Positions 37,255 to 41,008 of a stretch of DNA of 41,008 nucleotides are shown in pieces. Each line of letters opens with the position of its first letter. Position 1 is the stretch's first letter. Location: sequence record SRR20825019_2750. One strand, given 5' to 3'. The translations under genes and the position numbers were made by a program. Below the pieces are notes generated by a model, which did no database searches, was not told the DNA's origin, and saw only the letters and a program-made list of their open reading frames with translations.

Positions 37255-37284
37255 TTGACAGTGCCGTTTCTTGCATACAAGAAT
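37255..37284 (+). promoter_or_regulatory. Promoter with overlapping GntR box (second box at 37070-37079)
   Basis: TTGACA-N18-AAGAAT, with TTCTTGCATACAAGAA at 37268-37283; same architecture as 34015-34044. Confidence 0.75.
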
Positions 37285-37406
37285 AGACCCGTAACGAGAC
37301 GCCGAGTTCTCGCGGAGGGGTGAGCAGCGTGTCGCGCTAGAAAAGAAATTGCCTGCAGGCTGGTTGTCAGACGCGCAGGCGAGGGAATGTGCAAAGGGAG
37401 GAAACC

Positions 37407-38753
37407 ATGCAAGAATTCCGTCTTAAGAAGAGGGTGGCTGGATCATTGCTCGCTACCTCGGTCCTGGCTCTGTCCATGGCCGTTCTGCCCAATGGCGCTG
37501 CCGCCCAGGATAGTGACCTGCAGGGCGAGATCCGGTTCAGCTGGTGGGGCGGCCAGGTCCGCAACGACAAGACTGACCAGATCATCCAGCTCTTCGAAGG
37601 GCAGAACCCGAACGTCTCTATCGTTCGTGAGAATGCAGACTGGGCACCTTACTGGGAACGTCTGACCATTCAGTCGACCGGGAACAACCAGCCCTGTGCC
37701 ATCACCATGCAGACGCGCTGGCTGGCGACTTACGCCCGCCCCGACATCCTGATGCCACTCGATGAAATGGTCGAGAACGGAACGCTCGATGTGTCGGGTA
37801 TCCCTGAGCCGGTGCTGAATTCCGCACGCGGTTCGGATGGCAATCTCTACATGATCCCGCATGGCGTGTTCTATTTCGCGCTGATGTATAATCAGGAAAT
37901 GTCGCAGGCCGCCGCCGACGCCGGCGTTGCGCCGCTCGAATATCCCTACACCTGGGATGAATTTGCCGACTACCTGACCGCCATCCTTCCGCATCTGCCC
38001 GAAGGTGCGATCTCCGTGCACAATATGGGCCGTGAGCAGGACGCCTTCGTCACCTGGGTGCAGTCGCATGGCGAGGACGTGTTCGACGGTTCGAACGTTG
38101 CCTTTAGCAAGGACATTGCCATCCAATGGTTCGAATATTGGGAGTCCTTGCGCAATGCCGGGGTCACCGAACCCCCCGAGGTCATGATCAGTGACAACAG
38201 CGCACTGATCGAGGAGTCCAACATTGCCAACAATCGCGGCTTCATGACCAACCGTCCGCCCAACCAGCTTGGTTCGGTGCAGACGACTGTGGATACCGTG
38301 AGCCCTGGCACCACGATCGGCATTACGCCCTATCCGGTTGGACCTGATGGTACCGTCGGCATGGATATCGGCGCCAACGGTATCGCGATCGGCGCCAGCT
38401 GCGATGAGGCACAGGTGCCTGTCGTCGCCGAATGGATCAACTTCTGGACCCAGAACGAAGAAGCCGCCGGCATCTACGAGTCGGACAATGGCGTGGTGTC
38501 CATTCCGGCCCTCGCGACTGCGCAGGCCGAAGATCCTGATACGCAGCCGACCCAGGTGGCGCATATCGAGCTGTATCAAGACGTTATCGACACCGCCAAT
38601 CCGGTGTTCTGGCCGGCAGGCGGGTATCAGGCGCTGACCGATACGCTCAATCGCGCTTACGACGCGGTGGCCTTTGGCCAACTCACTCCGGAACAGGGGG
38701 CCGATCAGCTCATCGCCGATCTGCAGCAGCAACTGACCCAGGCTGCCCGCTAA
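37407..38753 (+). CDS. Carbohydrate ABC transporter (CUT1) substrate-binding protein
   Basis: Signal peptide; motifs IRFSWWGG..R, W..YWERL and LMPLD; RBS GGGAGG. Confidence 0.9.
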   Translation: MQEFRLKKRVAGSLLATSVLALSMAVLPNGAAAQDSDLQGEIRFSWWGGQVRNDKTDQIIQLFEGQNPNVSIVRENADWAPYWERLTIQSTGNNQPCAITMQTRWLATYARPDILMPLDEMVENGTLDVSGIPEPVLNSARGSDGNLYMIPHGVFYFALMYNQEMSQAAADAGVAPLEYPYTWDEFADYLTAILPHLPEGAISVHNMGREQDAFVTWVQSHGEDVFDGSNVAFSKDIAIQWFEYWESLRNAGVTEPPEVMISDNSALIEESNIANNRGFMTNRPPNQLGSVQTTVDTVSPGTTIGITPYPVGPDGTVGMDIGANGIAIGASCDEAQVPVVAEWINFWTQNEEAAGIYESDNGVVSIPALATAQAEDPDTQPTQVAHIELYQDVIDTANPVFWPAGGYQALTDTLNRAYDAVAFGQLTPEQGADQLIADLQQQLTQAAR

Positions 38754-38762
38754 TCAAGCATT

Positions 38763-38792
38763 GGCGCGCGGGCCGACGATCGCCCGCGCGCC
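38763..38792 (+). other. Intercistronic GC stem-loop after the SBP gene (mRNA stabiliser)
   Basis: GGCGCGCGGGC-N8-GCCCGCGCGCC with no U-tract. Confidence 0.6.
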
Positions 38793-38867
38793 TCCACTTC
38801 GGCGCTTAGCCGAAGCTGTTTCGACCCAGCATGGTCTGCCCCTGGGCAGGCGGAGAGGGAGAGTGAA

Positions 38868-39845
38868 TTGAGCTCGATTGATGCCGCAAATGATCCGGTG
38901 CTGACTGCGTCGGAAACGGCGAAGTCCGTGCGGGAAATTCCCCGCAACAGAACTGGATCTGCACTCAAGAAGGCTGACAACAGGGCGGCCTATATGTTCC
39001 TCTTGCCCTGGTTTGCCGGCATCATCCTGATCACGGCCCTGCCCATGCTGGCCTCGCTCTATCTGAGCTTCACCAATTATGCGGTGATCGGCCTGCCCTC
39101 GTTTATCGGGTTCGACAATTATGTGCGGCTGTTCACATCGGATCGGCGCTTTATCACCTCGATCTGGGTGACGCTGAAATATGTGGGCTTTTCAGTGCCG
39201 CTGGTGCTGCTGTTCTCGCTGGCAGTTGCGGTCGCGCTCAATCGCGGCCTGCGGGGTCTGGCGATCTACCGTTCGCTCTTTTATGTGCCCTCGCTCATCG
39301 GTGCCAGCGTCGGTATCGGCCTGCTCTGGAAAGAGGTGTTCGGCGAGCGCGGTGTCGTCAATGACATCCTGGCTCTGTTCGGCGTTGCCGGCCGCGGCTG
39401 GATCAACAATCCGACCTTTGCCTTGCCCTCCGTTATCGCTCTGAACGTCTGGACCTTCGGTGCGTCCATGGTGATCTTTCTGGCGGCCCTGCGCCAGATC
39501 CCGGAATCCTACTATGAGGCCGCCTCGATCGATGGAGCCAATGCCTGGCAGCGGTTCCGCCGGATCACGCTGCCGCTGATCACGCCGGTTATCTTCTTCA
39601 ACACCGTGCTGCTGCTGATCAACTCGTTCCAGTCCTTCACCCAGGCCTTCGTCGTCTCCAATGGACGCGGCGGGCCGGTGGATTCGACGCTTCTTTATTC
39701 GCTCTATCTCTACCAGCAGGCGTTCCAGCAACTGCAGATGGGTTACGCCTCGGCCATGGCCTGGATCCTGCTGATCGCTATCGGCCTCGCCACGGCGCTG
39801 ATGTTCTGGTCCTCACGCTATTGGGTGTTCTATGGCGACCGCTAA
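38868..39845 (+). CDS. Carbohydrate ABC transporter permease
   Basis: Motifs YLSFTNY, EAASIDGA (EAA loop) and MGYASAMAW. Confidence 0.94.
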   Translation: MSSIDAANDPVLTASETAKSVREIPRNRTGSALKKADNRAAYMFLLPWFAGIILITALPMLASLYLSFTNYAVIGLPSFIGFDNYVRLFTSDRRFITSIWVTLKYVGFSVPLVLLFSLAVAVALNRGLRGLAIYRSLFYVPSLIGASVGIGLLWKEVFGERGVVNDILALFGVAGRGWINNPTFALPSVIALNVWTFGASMVIFLAALRQIPESYYEAASIDGANAWQRFRRITLPLITPVIFFNTVLLLINSFQSFTQAFVVSNGRGGPVDSTLLYSLYLYQQAFQQLQMGYASAMAWILLIAIGLATALMFWSSRYWVFYGDR

Positions 39846-40728
39846 GACATACGATCCCGAGCTGCTGCGCGCCGAGCGGCGCAAGCGCGAAAACATCCGT
39901 CGGCTCAAGGGACTGGGCCTGCATATCTTGCTGATCACCATCCTCGGTATCATGCTCTACCCCGTTATCTGGATGGTGCTGAGCGCGCTGCGCCCGGAGA
40001 CCGAGATCTTCGGCGACATGGGGTTCATTCCCACCAACTGGACGCTCGAGAATTTCGTTCGCGGCTGGCAGCTCTATGGGGATCTCACGTTCACGCAGTT
40101 CTATGTGAACTCGTTCATCATCTGTGCCCTGGCGATCATCGGCAATCTTCTGGCCTGCTCAATGGCGGCCTATGCCTTCGCGCGGCTCGAATTCCGCGGC
40201 AAATGGTGGCTCTTTGCTGTCATGCTCGGCACCATGATGCTGCCGATCCATGTGCAGTTGATCCCGCAATATATCTTCTTTCTCAATATCGGCTGGGTGA
40301 ACACGATCCTGCCCCTGGTGGTGCCGAAATTCCTGGCGCACGATGCCTTCTTCATCTTCCTGATGGTCCAGTTCATGCGCTCATTGCCTCATGAACTGGA
40401 ACAGGCAGCGATCGTTGACGGTGCGTCCTATTGGCAGCGTTACTGGCGGATCATTCTGCCGCTGTCCATGCCGGCTCTGGCGACCACGGCCGTATTCACG
40501 TTCATCAATACCTACAATGACTTCTTCAGCCAGTTGATCTACCTCACCGACACCGACCGGATGACGGTTCCTGTAGCTCTGCGGCTTTTCCTCGATCCGA
40601 GCGGTGGTTCCTCCTCCTTTGGCGGACTGTTTGCGATGGTGCTCGTCTCCATCGGACCGGTGCTCGGTTTCTTCCTCGCTTCGCAGCGACTGCTCACCAA
40701 GGGCATCGCTACGCAAGGTTTCAAGTGA
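39832..40728 (+). CDS. Carbohydrate ABC transporter permease
   Basis: Motifs AAYAFARL.F, ELEQAAIVDGA and NDF. Confidence 0.94.
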   Translation: MATAKTYDPELLRAERRKRENIRRLKGLGLHILLITILGIMLYPVIWMVLSALRPETEIFGDMGFIPTNWTLENFVRGWQLYGDLTFTQFYVNSFIICALAIIGNLLACSMAAYAFARLEFRGKWWLFAVMLGTMMLPIHVQLIPQYIFFLNIGWVNTILPLVVPKFLAHDAFFIFLMVQFMRSLPHELEQAAIVDGASYWQRYWRIILPLSMPALATTAVFTFINTYNDFFSQLIYLTDTDRMTVPVALRLFLDPSGGSSSFGGLFAMVLVSIGPVLGFFLASQRLLTKGIATQGFK

Positions 40729-40746
40729 TCCGCCCGGAGCAGACCC

Positions 40747-41008
40747 ATGGCCAGTGTAACTCTACAGAATTTGACCAAAACCTATGCCGGTGGACAGCTT
40801 CGCGCCGTCAATGACGTTTCCCTGGAGATCGAAGACGGAGAATTCCTTGTCCTGGTCGGTCCCTCGGGCTGCGGCAAGTCGACGGCCTTGCGCATGATTG
40901 CGGGGCTTGAGGAGATCACCGACGGGGCCGTCTGGATCGGCGATGAATTCGTCAACGACACCCATCCCAAGGATCGGGACATCGCCATGGTGTTCCAGTC
41001 CTATGCGC
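40747..41008 (+). CDS. Carbohydrate ABC transporter ATP-binding protein (MalK-like), truncated by the window end
   Basis: [13 protein letters not shown]...[19 protein letters not shown]...[14 protein letters not shown]. Confidence 0.93.
   Translation, partial: MASVTLQNLTKTYAGGQLRAVNDVSLEIEDGEFLVLVGPSGCGKSTALRMIAGLEEITDGAVWIGDEFVNDTHPKDRDIAMVFQSYA

Noticed and set aside
1-41008. CRISPR arrays, tRNA/rRNA genes, intact IS/transposases, anti-phage defence genes
   Set aside because: None recognised by eye; no regularly spaced repeats or transposase motifs.

Overview
GC-rich alphaproteobacterial (Hyphomicrobiales, possibly Devosia-like; inference) accessory catabolic region. From left to right: (1) 1-2700: decayed mobile debris (truncated tyrosine integrase, HlyD remnant) around a DUF4037-like gene. 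(2) 2824-12939: a complete triuret/biuret nitrogen-assimilation module with a sigma54 promoter, bracketed by an imperfect ~80-bp direct repeat. It holds a BMP-type ABC transporter, biuH, trtA, an unexpected 5-formyl-THF cyclo-ligase paralog, an AtzH/TrtB-like gene, a GntR regulator and a divergent atzF. (3) A Bcr/CflA MFS exporter behind a candidate leader-peptide attenuator. (4) An oxidised purine/pterin module: an unannotated Cys-rich small ORF, an NMT1/xanthine riboswitch, a 2OG-Fe(II) dioxygenase, a split NMT1/THI5-type ABC transporter, twin LysRs and an isoxanthopterin/8-oxoguanine-deaminase-like amidohydrolase. (5) GntR with Ldh2/Fe-ADH/SSADH, and FadR with RpiB/RraA. (6) A GntR regulon marked by TTG(C/T)ATACAA boxes (CoA-transferase, enoyl-CoA hydratase, DUF4038 protein, second RraA, lactonase, dehydrogenase, YciI, sugar ABC transporter) for an unknown carbohydrate-like substrate. 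All family calls come from motif recognition and recall; no database search was run.
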